From Adineta vaga (lineage: Eukaryota > Animalia > Rotifera), in NCBI GenBank assembly GCA_021613535.1, contig CP075495.1:8494001-8558000 (forward strand): a DNA stretch of 64,000 nucleotides, given 5' to 3'. Below the pieces are notes generated by a model, which did no database searches, was not told the DNA's origin, and saw only the letters and a list, made by a program, of their open reading frames with translations. How positions within the stretch are numbered: position 1 is the first letter of the stretch; the number at the start of each line of letters is the position of its first letter. The position numbers and the translations under genes are program-made. Shown here piece after piece: positions 1 through 11,565 of this stretch.

Positions 1-1653
1 TGAATATGAACGATCTTCAGTTAAATCTGTTCGTTTCATTTGTTTACGTTTTTCTAACATTTCTTCGAACATTTGTTTCGATGCTACAATAAGAAATAAT
101 ACGAATAATTCTTTCCATGAAATATTTTTCTCACACTTACGATTATCATCAGATGATGTGTTATTCTCAAATGAATGTTTATGATCGGCAAGATAAATTT
201 TACTATTTTCTGGTAAATGACCAACAATTGTTTCCCATCCAATATCATTAATTATCGGCAATCGAAAATGTGCTCCCATACCGGAACGTATCACTTTTGG
301 ATCCCAAATATCTACACAACCTTTGATTGCAAGCAGACGATCACAACCTACAGCAGCACATGTTCGAATTATTGTTCCCATATTACCAGGATCACGAACA
401 TTATCACAGATAACAGTTATTGGAAGAGTAATGCGTTGTTGAAATGGACAAGAATCTGGTTGTGGCATGGCAAATATTGCTATAACAGAAGTAAGTATGA
501 TATCGTGAGTGAATTTCTTTTTTGCATACACTTACCCATAATACCTTGACTTGTTTGTACATCGGACCAAGTACGAAATGCACTTGATGATACTTGATAA
601 ACAGTAAAATTTAGATCTGTCGTTGAGAAATCAATTGTCTAAACAGAAAATAGAAGCAATGATTGACATGCAGTTGTCCTAAAGATGTTTCGAGTAAAAC
701 TCTATACGATAATATGTTTATATGAATCGTTTGCTTTCCTTTCCTGTGATGGTAACAGTCAAAATATCTTTCTACTGATTCATATCTATAGCTTAATTCT
801 AATAATGTACCAGCTTCCACTATTTATTTACATAAGTTCTTTTTCTTTCTTGGTATTTGTCAGTAAACAAAACACTACATATACGATATCTCTTGTGTCT
901 ACGGATTGTATATTGCTAAGAAATGAACAGTCGTATCTACTGCGGTTACGCGACGAAACTTATTTGTCTCGATAGGATAATCTGATCACTCTTAGAAACA
1001 ATTTCAAAGAAAATTTACATCTAGAATTTGTCGATCAGTAGTAAATATCGTGAGAAGATCAGCACCAGCTTGAATTGCATCAGCAACTAAACGTTTGCCT
1101 TCCAATAATACGTAACCTTTTTTGTAACGTTCCTGTCGATTTTTTGCTTTTATTATTCGATTACTAAAATTTAAGACAAAAAAAGATACAATAATCAGTA
1201 AAATACAACGATGGTTTTACCTAAATCGAATATCATTATCTTTTAATTGAATAATATGTTGTAATGGGTTTTTTATTGTAGCTATTTCATCAAGAAAAGC
1301 TGGATCTTTCGATATATCTTCTCGTAATGGATCGAAACGATTATATATTGCTTCCAAATTTTCATTAGATAGTATTCTGGCTAAATATATAGTCCACATC
1401 AGATTTGTTGATGAAAAAAATTATCAAACTCCATCATGCCTGCTTTATCACCCAAATTCTTGATTTGTGCTATTGGATTGACAGTATTCTTTCGTTGTTT
1501 GGTATTGGAATCGATTTTTTTCACTTTTCGTGAACGAATTTCTGTTGCATGACGAAGGACGATTGATGAAGGAGTTATTGGTGTAATCAATCGTGATTGT
1601 TTTGATAATAACAAATGTGAGAATAACAGACGATTATATCGAATGAAAGACAT
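1..1653 (-). CDS. MRM3: Mitochondrial rRNA 2'-O-methyltransferase (SpoU/TrmH family, MRM3/RNMTL1-like); multi-exon, 3' end runs off the window
   Basis: Basic, presequence-like N-terminus MSFIRYNRLLFSHLLL. Manual minus-strand translation gives ILEGKRLVADAIQAG and the SPOUT motifs ICDNVRDPGNMGTIIRTCAAVG and VDIWDPKVIRSGMGAHF. Confidence 0.88.
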
Positions 1654-3140
1654 TTTCGAACTAAACGAAACTGGTCAAAACTGAATGCAAAGTAAATAAA
1701 TAACAAAAATGAATGATTCATCGTTGAGATGAAGAACATAGTCAGGTATTTGTATATGGACGAATAGAAAAAAATATATGAGATGATATATGATCTTGAC
1801 CGCTCTCTCCCTCTGTCGACATACTTGTGAATGTGAACGAAAGAAATTTTTGTAACAAGATATGGTTTATTTTTATCATTGAAATAGTTCTAAAGAGTAA
1901 TAAAAAAAGATAATGTTGATATTTGCAAAGTATGAAAATTTCAGTAAGAAAAATAATAACAATCTCTTTTTTCATGCAAATAATAAATCGTGTTTTGTGA
2001 ATATATGTTATATGACAGAATAGTATTATTTGTTAAAGGTGATCTCTATATCATATTGATTGATCACTTTTAAATGATTCTTAAGAGATGCTGTCTCATC
2101 GATTGTGTTATTATAGAAATTTCTTGTTCGAAGCCTCTGGACGACATATAACGCGAAGACTTTTCTACAATCGAACTAGGTTACAGAGCCATTAGTCATA
2201 TTTATTTGCTTGTTAATAATATACTATGACAGATGGTTAAGACAAGTAACTGCAATCGATGTGGATATATATTGTTATACTGGCTATTCGTGTTTAATAA
2301 AAAAAAAAGGTCTAAATCCATCTCATTAGCTTATTTTTTGTTTTCTAAGTTTGAGATTTGAGAAATTAAAATATCATTTTACAATGTATATGTATAAAAA
2401 TGCATCTATATCTACGATTTTAATATTTTGGTTCTTTATTTGATAGAAATGTTTTGAACAACAGAGCTGGTTAAAATCTCAATTAAATCATTCAAATGTA
2501 AATGATGTTTTTCAAGAACAGAACATCTAATGATTGATTAAAATTGAATTATAAACTATTTTAATGAATAAGACACGAGAATATTGCGTAGTTCTTTGTC
2601 ATATTATCTTATATTCAATTACAGTAGTTCGTTATCAGATATATGAAAATTGTGGATAGTCTTGCTCAGTATGCTGTTGTCAAGTATACAGGTTGATATG
2701 CTTTCAAACAAGCATAACAGGCACATGGATGTTGCACATAAACGACGATTTATTTCGCTTATAATGATCATTTTTCTTTATGCGAAATAGTTTTTGGTGT
2801 CAATACTATATTCCTACAAGATCTTGATCATATCGTTGGCAAAAATTGTGTTTTTTTTCATAGATAAGATAAAAACCCTTATATATTTCTTTATTATTAC
2901 ATACATATATATCGCACACACATACACACACATTTCAGTTTCGATGAAAAAAAAGAAATCAAGTCAATTTCATCTACATGCTCACAGCGATATACAAGAG
3001 AAAAAGAATAGAAGGAAAAAAATAGGAAAAAGAACATCTAAGAGATATACAAATTCATATATACGTTAAGAGAAGAAAAAAATGAACGAAACAGATGCAT
3101 TAGAAAAGAAAATATTTTCCATTTTATGTCATGTCAACAA

Positions 3141-6100
3141 TTATTGATTCGAATTTACACGACTACGCAATTTATAACGTCGTTTAGGAGTTTGTTTTCT
3201 CATAGCTAACGACGGTTTTTGTAAGATAGTAATAGGACTAGCAGGTGCTGGTGACGATGGACCACACCCTACACCAGCTGAGCTTGTTTTCAATTGATTA
3301 ATAATACGATTCGATGCTGTAAAAGAAAATAACAACGAGAAATATTAATCAAAATAAGGAGTTGAGAAGAAAAGTTGTGTCTTACGTGGTGTATGACGAA
3401 AGAATGATTGAAGACGTTGAATAGTGGATGGTTTTGGACTCATTGTATTTTGAATTGCTGGTGAAGCAAGAGCAGGTGGTTGAAGATCTACTGGTGATGT
3501 TGTTGATTGAGTACCTAGTTTAGCTGATAACATTGGAGAATCAGCACTGTTTGATTGTGCTAAGGGCCGTTTCTTCAATATTGAAGTACTCTTTGTTTTA
3601 ACTAATCAAATGAAAAGACTTGGGTGAAATTTCATGCCCAACTATTTCATTATACATACCATCTCGTACAAGAGTTGGTGGTGTCGGTTTGCGTTCATCG
3701 TCGAGCTATAATAAAAATAGAACTCTAGTTGAAGAAAATCATTTCCTATGAAACCGATACTCTATCGCATACAAGCTATTTGGCAGTACTATGCATTAAC
3801 TCAGGAGATAGTTACAATGAAAACTAACTGACATTTCAATCTTCCCTTCCTTTATAACTTATTCTTCTAAGAAAATAGTCATAGATATGAATCTTACATT
3901 CGTTTTCGATGGCAGTTTTCTAGTCGAAGGTTTATTAGCTAAACCACTATTGCCTGCTGGTCGATCCGGTGTACCATGTTTGGGTTTCTTGTTATCTTGT
4001 GTATCCTATATAAAATTCAAGGAATTTAGATAGAACAGAGAAGCAAATTCGGGCCACCTCTTCATGAGCACTTCGTTTCGATCGCATTAATCTTGTTGTT
4101 GTCGCTGCTGGTGCTAGTGCAGGTGTTGGTGCAGGTGCAGGTGCAGATGCAGGTGCAGGTGCAGATGCAGGTGCAGGTGCAGGTGCAGTTACTGGTGTAG
4201 CAGCAGGTGCTGGTGAATGAGATAATGAACTAACGATCACAACAGGTTCTTTATTCTTTTCTTCACGTAATTGCAGTAATTCCTTTTGTAATGTATCATA
4301 TTTCGCATGAATCGTTTTCAAATCATGTTTTAATTGTGTTGATTCCTGTTGGATTTTTTCATTTTGATTTTGTTCGGAACGAATCTTTTCATTCAATTGT
4401 TCAATAAGTTTATCTTTTTGAAGTTTATCCACTTTTTCTTGTTCATAGTCATGTTTTAAACGTTTAACTTCTTCATTATACTGAGCTTTGTCATTAAATT
4501 GATCTTGTTCATATTGACGATTTTGTTCGAGAGTTGTATTATATTCAGTATTTAAACTATCAAATTTTTGTTGAAGAGTTTTCAAACGTGAACGTAATGT
4601 ATCATTATCTTGATTTGTTTGTTGGTATTTCTTCGAAAGATCATGATATTTTTTTTCGATTTCATGATGTTTTCCTTTCATTTGTTTAGTATTTTCTTGT
4701 TCAGAAACAATTGTTTTATTTAATAATTCAATTTGTTGATTAACCTAAAATATGATTGAAAAGATTCGAAATGAAACATATGCGAATACTTACAGATTGT
4801 CTTTCTTTATTCAGTCGAGTAAGTTGTTCTCGTTGATGAAGAATATATTGAATAGTTTTAGTACGTTCTTCACTAGAATATGAAGGAAAAAAGAAATAAA
4901 TCTAATGAGTTAGAAAATGAAAATATACTGTCGTTCAAGAAGATATAATCGACGATTTGCTGCTTGTTTTTGTAAAAGATCCATAGCTTTTTTGGTACAG
5001 TACTTCCAATAGTATATCTATGAAAGAAGAGATTCTTATATCATCTAGTTCTAACTTCTAGTATCTATTATAATATATATGCAATTAGTTTTGATGTTAG
5101 ATTCAGTTTAAATACTTCATTTTAGATAGAAAAAGTTATCATTCAAATAAACTTACCGATTGAATATCAATTGGTACACCTGCTTCATCAAGCATTACAT
5201 CTGAAATAATTTTCATTCTAAATGAATATTTTTTTCCTGAATAACTCTTACCATCTTGTTCTTCGACATCTTCACTATCGATGGTTTGATGATTTTTCTT
5301 TTTTCCTTGACCAATTGGACGTCCACCTTGACCTAATCGTTTTGGTCCTTTAATTTTTGATTCAACCACTAGTTTCTTTTGTGGTGGTTCCACTGGTACA
5401 ATAATTGTCTACAAGAACAATTCTTCATCTTTCCTTAATCAGTATTTAAAGTCAACATACTTTTTGTGCTAGTGCACTAAATTTTAATAAATCATTTGTT
5501 TGTGAAATGAATGTAGCACATGGATTGACATTACAACAAATAATAGTTCGACCACGACCAATGAAAAATGGTCGAAATATACTTGTTAATACACTATTTC
5601 GATATGGTAATAACATTTGTTTTCTAAAAAGAAAATGTTAGTAATCTAAAGATATATTCCCATTTGTTTTATTCATACTTTGCGGTTTGATTTTCATTTA
5701 ATACTCGAATACAATCTTTAAATGTCATTAGCGATGTATTGATATTACATGTTTCAACTAATTGTTTTCCTGTACCAGTAGATGGTTCATTACCAGCCAA
5801 ATCACAAATATCTGTATAAAGAAAAAATTCAACTTCTCTGAAAATATAATCTTTAAGATAATCCTACACATATGACTCATTGTTGGTTCTTCTTCGAATT
5901 CATCAAATGTAATTAATGTAATACAAAGTACAGCATGTGAACGTGATGATGCTTCATTTAAATCTGTTTTTGATGTTGCACGATTTGCATAACCAAATCG
6001 TATTGTATCTTCAGCTTCTTTTAAATCAAAAACAGGTATTTGAACAAGATCTTTGATTATTGTTGATTCACTATTTTGCATTAAACGTAATGGTTTACGT

Positions 6101-7048
6101 TTTTTCATTGCACTTGGTTTAACAAGTAAATCAAGAACATTTTCATTGTATAATTCGAAGAAGGATATCCAAACAGAATAGTGTTCATCTGAAAGATTTC
6201 GGAGAAAAAAAAAGGAAATAATTAGCAAAAGAAAATCTCTTGTTTTACCTTCAACTGAATGATCATCGAGAATAGATTGTTGATCTTGAATTATGTTTTG
6301 TAAATGATTTCGACGCTTAAATATTAGAAGAAGAAAAAAAGAGATTATAGTCAATAGTGAGAAGTTAAAGTACTTACATGATCATCTTTATCATCTTTAA
6401 ATATATATTTACGATAATTAATTTCATCTTGAAGATTATTCATATTTGTTTGAACTAAATTTTCTAAACCATCTGGTTTATAGAGCACTTTTGTATCAAT
6501 ATTATAACCAACATGTAGAAAGATTCGTTGTAAACACTGAGGAATAAGACCAGGATCTTTTGGTGTACCGAACATTGTATGCGTTTTACCTTAGAAGAAA
6601 AATATTGACTACAAATCACATTATAGTCTTAATTCTTACCACTATTTGTAAGACCAAGTGTACACAAGAGCCAATTTGAACCAGTAAATATTTCATCAGT
6701 TGATTGTTCAAGAATTTGTTCAAATAATTCTTGTTGTGTACAATTATGATCAAAGATCCGTGTTACCTATAAATACGAATAGATTAGTTCATCTTTGCAA
6801 ATTTATTGTACCTCATATTCGTTGTAAGATGTTTGTGCTGGTCGTATATTATTCGTTGCTGTTGGATAAAGTTTAACTGCAATACGTTTTTCATCTCGAA
6901 TACAAAGCATATTTTGATTTTCACCACGAGCAAGTTCATCGCCAATAAATGGTCGAATACGAACATAGACATTTACCGGTGGTTCAGCACGACGAATGTT
7001 GGTAGTTTCATTATTAGCATTTCCTATTGTTGTCGTATCTGTCGACAT
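3141..7048 (-). CDS. Kinesin-6 family motor (KIF20A/MKLP2-like), multi-exon
   Basis: VNVYVRIRP; P-loop GLTNSGKT (split by an intron near 6.6 kb); IWISFFELYNENVLDLL-type segment; switch I NEASSRSHAV; DLAGNE; PYRNSVLT; long loop-6 insert typical of kinesin-6; coiled coil at 4250-4740; Ser/Pro-rich tail. Confidence 0.85.
4100..4215 (-). repeat. Coding low-complexity Ala-Pro repeat ((GCAGGT)n on + strand) in the kinesin tail
   Basis: Tandem gcaggt/gcagat units translating to APAPAPASAPAPASAPAPAP. Confidence 0.8.
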
Positions 7049-7557
7049 CTAGATAAAATATAGAAATAACAATAAAGTAAATCTAAAGATTCGATTGTGT
7101 ATAGAAATGTTTAAACGAAAAATACGAAAAGTATAAATGAAATACACCCGTCCATCTTCATCTTTTAACATAATATACTAGTACTATCTTTCTTCCTTTC
7201 TTCGCGCATTCTCTCGATTACCGCCATTGTATTTATGGGAGAAGTGATCGAATGAAAAAACGACATCTGCTCTACAAATATAACTAAGTGCACGTATATT
7301 TTTTGGGCGCTTTGAATTAACTTTTTTTGTCATTAAAATGAATTCAAACTCATCATCGATGATTGTTCCTTGGCGGCAAAATAATTTTATTGAACAAATA
7401 AACTGTTGACGTGAACCGATTATCTCAGTACAAGAACAAAAGCAGAATAAAAATCAAATTCTACACATTATCGAATGTAAATCTAAGTATACTGTATGAT
7501 CTTATATTTCATTATAATAAAAATATGAATGAACTATTTTACATATTGTCAGGATAA

Positions 7558-9419
7558 ATGCTATGCAGGTAATCTCTTTTACTAACAAGTATTTTCAATT
7601 TAACGAAATGCATTTTCTAAGCTCAGAATATAATATCGATAGTCTTCGACGAGGCTTTGGACATCTTAAAGATATTCGATATGAAACAATGGAATCAGGA
7701 AAACCTTCTTTGGTAGTACATTCATCTAACGTTAATAAAAATGAAAATGATATTCTTTCTTTTACAAATCTTGCAATGAAAGAATTGAATAAAAGGGAAG
7801 TGAGAAAAAGATTTGCCATTGTTCATACAGAGAAATATATTTATATTATTGGTGGTGCGTAGTATATCTATTTAATTAATTAAACAAAAATATCTTGTCG
7901 ATTGATCTTGCTCGTTTATAGGATATATCTATGATCATCAAATTCCAAGAAGGATAAAACCTTCATTGTGAGAGGATTCTCTATTGCAATAAACTCATAT
8001 GAAATAATTCTTATTTAGCGATTACAAATACGACCTACAAAGTCGCAAATTGAATTTAATACAGGCATTACCAAATGGAGTAAGTCACATCAGTTACACT
8101 ATGCGATATAGTTAAAGAGACTGATGTTGACGACAGATCGATAATTCTCTCTTTTAATAGTCGCTTGGTTTTGGATTATGTTCCGATCTAGATTGTATTT
8201 ATGCAGGTTTGCAAGACAGTTAAATGAGCATTATAATATTTTCATAGATGTGTATTTTCTAGTCGGTGGAAATGATCTAACAAATAAGCCATTAAGTGAT
8301 TGTTATTGTTTAACTATAGAAAATTCCAATGAAACATGGATAAAATTGCCTGATCTTCCAGTGAATGTTTTTTTAAAAAGAAATGAAAGTTAGGACGAAG
8401 GATTCTTTTACTTAGGCACCTACAAGTGGACCAGGTATTGGTGTGTGTAATGGTGAATTACATTGCATCGGAGGTAGTATATCATTATTTTTTCTTACGC
8501 GAATTTGTCTTTCATTAGGATATGATGTTCTCGGAAATCAATTTCTTGCTCATGGTGAATATTTAATACTTCGTTATCCGCAAGATAAACAATGGAAATA
8601 TGCACCTGAAATACATATACCTCGTGCTCGACCATTAGTTTTCATTATTCCAAATAATTCTAAGTCTAGTCAAACTGTATACATCGCTGGTGGTTTCAAT
8701 ATTAATCCAATGAATTATAAACCATATTTAATACGTGAAGTACAATTATTTAATCAAACAACACAACGTTGGCAACATGTAACAACAATTTCAAATTTAC
8801 AATTAACACATGAATTGTCATTTAATAAGAATAAATTATATATAAATGAAACATTTGAGTTACCCAATGAAACACCCAAAACGAACACTATACGATGTTT
8901 TGATCTTGAAAAACATGTTTGGATTGATGGAAAGGATGATAGAAATATTAGAAAAGTGAAAGAAACACAAATGATTTCAACAGATATCGACAGAATAAAA
9001 GAGATCAAAACGAAGCGAAGTGTTCAAGTGAAAAATTACATTTCCGTGTATACATGTATTTTTAAATGTTATTTTATTTACTATTTAGATCGGTAAAGCA
9101 GATCATCGAACAAAAATAAGAATGTCTACTTTAAAGTTTGTTCTCTTTGTTTGTAAAAATGAACAGGATGGTGACTTAGTTAAATATTGTTATAGATCGT
9201 CTAACTTAAATATACAGCAAACCAACGTAAAATCGGATAAGAGCTATTTTCTGAAATCTCAACTCTATGATAAAGTTTGTTCGAATCAGTAAAAACTTTT
9301 TATATAAACGAAGATTTCAGAATAAAAATTTTCGAGACTGGTATCCTCTTAATGGCAGTATTCTGTTTACAATATCAATACCATGTTGTTTTAGGTCACG
9401 GTATCGCACCAAAAACTAA
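7558..9419 (+). CDS. Kelch-repeat beta-propeller protein, multi-exon; 3' end uncertain (about 9.1-9.6 kb)
   Basis: ATG at 7558 plus a 53-nt intron (7569-7621) joins in frame to SSEYNID. Kelch-type GG blades YIYIIGG, LVGGNDL..LSDCYCL..WIKLPDLP, LHCIGG and VYIAGGF..RWQHV. Confidence 0.7.
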
Positions 9420-10028
9420 AGTAGGTGACACTAACCTACATAAAGACGCTTCTCAAAATAAGGTAACACTATTCTTTTCAAATAAAAAAAAATCATTTAA
9501 TTACTTAGATATCATTCAATGCGAAACGTAATAATATTTCTCTCGCGCAACCATCGAAACAATTGTTGACAAAAATCAAACGTCGTCGATAATTCTAGAT
9601 AATTTAATCTATTTAATATCGTTTTCTTTCTTCTACCGAAAATATTCTTCATTCGCCGTCACAATAAATTTCTCATCGAAAATTCTATGAAAAGCATATT
9701 AGATTTCAAAATGAAAGAGAATTTCTGCTCAATTATTCCATACTATTACCAAAGATAGTCATATCTGCATGAAGTTAAGTAGTCTATTGCATGTTCAGTT
9801 TCAGGAAGTGAAAATCTATTTTAAGATTCATATGCAAAGTATTGTTTGATACTCCAACGCTAGCATTAATTTTCAGATAAATAATCAAAAATTCATTTTC
9901 TTGACATCTTTGTAGGCGAAGATTGGCGTGTACACATACATAAAGTCTCTTGCAATAAAAGAAAAACGAATGAGAAAATAAACTATCAATTACATTCGAC
10001 CAATATTACGATCAATCTAAATTGTATC

Positions 10029-10559
10029 ATGAAAAACATCAGTGGTAAAATAAATCAATGAAAACTTGAAGAATCTTATTTGTTTCTTATTCTTTTAGTT
10101 ATCATTCTTTTTCTTACTATTGTATTGATCCAGACAATCATTTCATTTGAAGTAGTCAGGAATGAACTACAATCCGAACCACTTTCTTTTTCTTCAACAT
10201 CGGAAAGAAATGATCCAGAATGTATATCGAAAAAGCTGTTGTCTAATTTCATCAATCGTAATCGACGTGCATCAATATCTCGCCCTTATTTTCAACATTG
10301 GCGAGGATCCCGAGATGAGGATCGTTATGGATCAAAATCATTTTGGGCATATTCACCTCGTTTAGGTAAACGTGCATATAACAATAACTATGACCAACAA
10401 ATGAAACCAGCTGATCTTCAAACATTACTTGCTTTTCTGAATGATAATTTACTTGAACAACCGATTGATATTGTTTATGCTGATTCAACAACAATTTGTT
10501 TTTCGCGATCGATCAATGATGCATTTATTCGAGAAATTCTGGAAAATTTTTCATATTAA
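10029..10559 (+). CDS. Neuropeptide precursor, PRXamide/pyrokinin-like (predicted ...SFWAYSPRL-amide)
   Basis: Exon 1 (10029-10044), intron 10045-10098 and exon 2 give the signal peptide MKNISVIILFLTIVLIQTIIS. Internal YSPRL-G-KR amidation/cleavage site, with an upstream RR site. Confidence 0.75.
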
Positions 10560-11565
10560 TCAATTTCAATATCGTTTTAATGTAACAAATGAAATGATAA
10601 TTTTGTTTTCTAATCTTGAAAATAAATTAAATATCGATATCTATTCTTTTGGTGCATATTTGAAAGCCTACTCACAATATATTAATCATTTGATTAAGAA
10701 GAGAAAGTTTCTATATGACTGTTATCGAATGTTATAAAAATAGAAAATACGACGTTATTAAAAGGATAATAAAGATGGTATAATTGATCTATAAAAGTCT
10801 TTTTTTAGGTCTATTTTAGGCAAAAAGTAGGTGAAAACATAAAAATACAAAGCTGACTTTTAGTAAGCAAAGAAATTTTTATCGTTCGTCTTAATCATCA
10901 ACAGATGAATGATACCGAACGACACACATTTCACTGACAACTTCACAGCATAAATACATTTCCTTAGTATGTCATGTTAAATAATTTCATCACAAGGATC
11001 AACTTCATTCTATTGTTATATTAATTATGGAAAATTTAAAATTCAATATGGTGCAAACTAGTTTTCATTAAGTATATATATTCTCATTTCCTTAATAGCT
11101 ATTTCCTCTCCTGGAAGAATAACATCTTTTTTACTTTCCTATAAATGAATTCTTTGTTGTTGAAAATTTGAATGAAAGAAGGAACATATCGAAAGTCTGA
11201 ATATGAATGATTCTCTGAAACTATATTGACACATGACGATAAGAATGAATAGTTTGATCACTATTTGACTACTATGACGTAATAGATATGTACAAAAGCG
11301 CCATTGATGATGATGATGATGTCGCTACGATGAGAATAGAAGTACAGAGGCTGCTGCTTAGTAAACATCATTTTTCAATCATGGATAAGTTTTTCGTTTC
11401 AAAAGATTTAATTTTTGTTTGTCTTTAACCATTGACAAGGTAAAATCAATACAATATTTTCTTTCTTCTGCATCTCTATTCCGTTTCAGATAACATACGC
11501 AATATTGCGTGATAATTTAAATAAAGAAGAAACTAAAACCTGTACTTATTAAACTTGTACATCAA

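Noticed and set aside
217-549. Antisense/shadow ORFs in the track (e.g. 217-549, 15905-16183 poly-Cys, 27492-27818, 50904-51107, 58005-58334)
   Set aside because: They are opposite-strand or off-frame readings of real exons or low-complexity codon runs.
639-1018. Unusually long MRM3 intron (and the similar KDM7 intron at 56286-56652) as a snoRNA host
   Set aside because: No convincing C/D or H/ACA box arrangement by eye; an Infernal/snoscan search would be needed.
1377-1439. Possible GC-AG first intron in MRM3 (AG/GCATGA at 1439 to TAG at 1381), or an apparent stop/start overlap of two ORFs at 1399
   Set aside because: A canonical GT-AG alternative (GTTTGA 1429 to CAG 1377) also restores the frame, so the ORF overlap is an intron artefact and the GC donor is not needed.
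1742-3069. Short ORFs between MRM3 and the kinesin 3' end
   Set aside because: Low-complexity AT-rich translations with no motifs; consistent with UTR or intergenic DNA.
7049-7150. Acceptor directly abutting the kinesin ATG (TCTAG/ATG) as evidence of trans-splicing; similar acceptors precede the GST, 41412 and 51237 starts
   Set aside because: A plausible cis donor exists upstream (about 7147) and these genes have room for promoters, so ordinary 5'UTR introns explain them.
9277-9592. ORF 9277-9531 as an independent gene
   Set aside because: It contains splice-like signals and is more likely the 3' exons or UTR of the Kelch gene; the frame could not be fixed.
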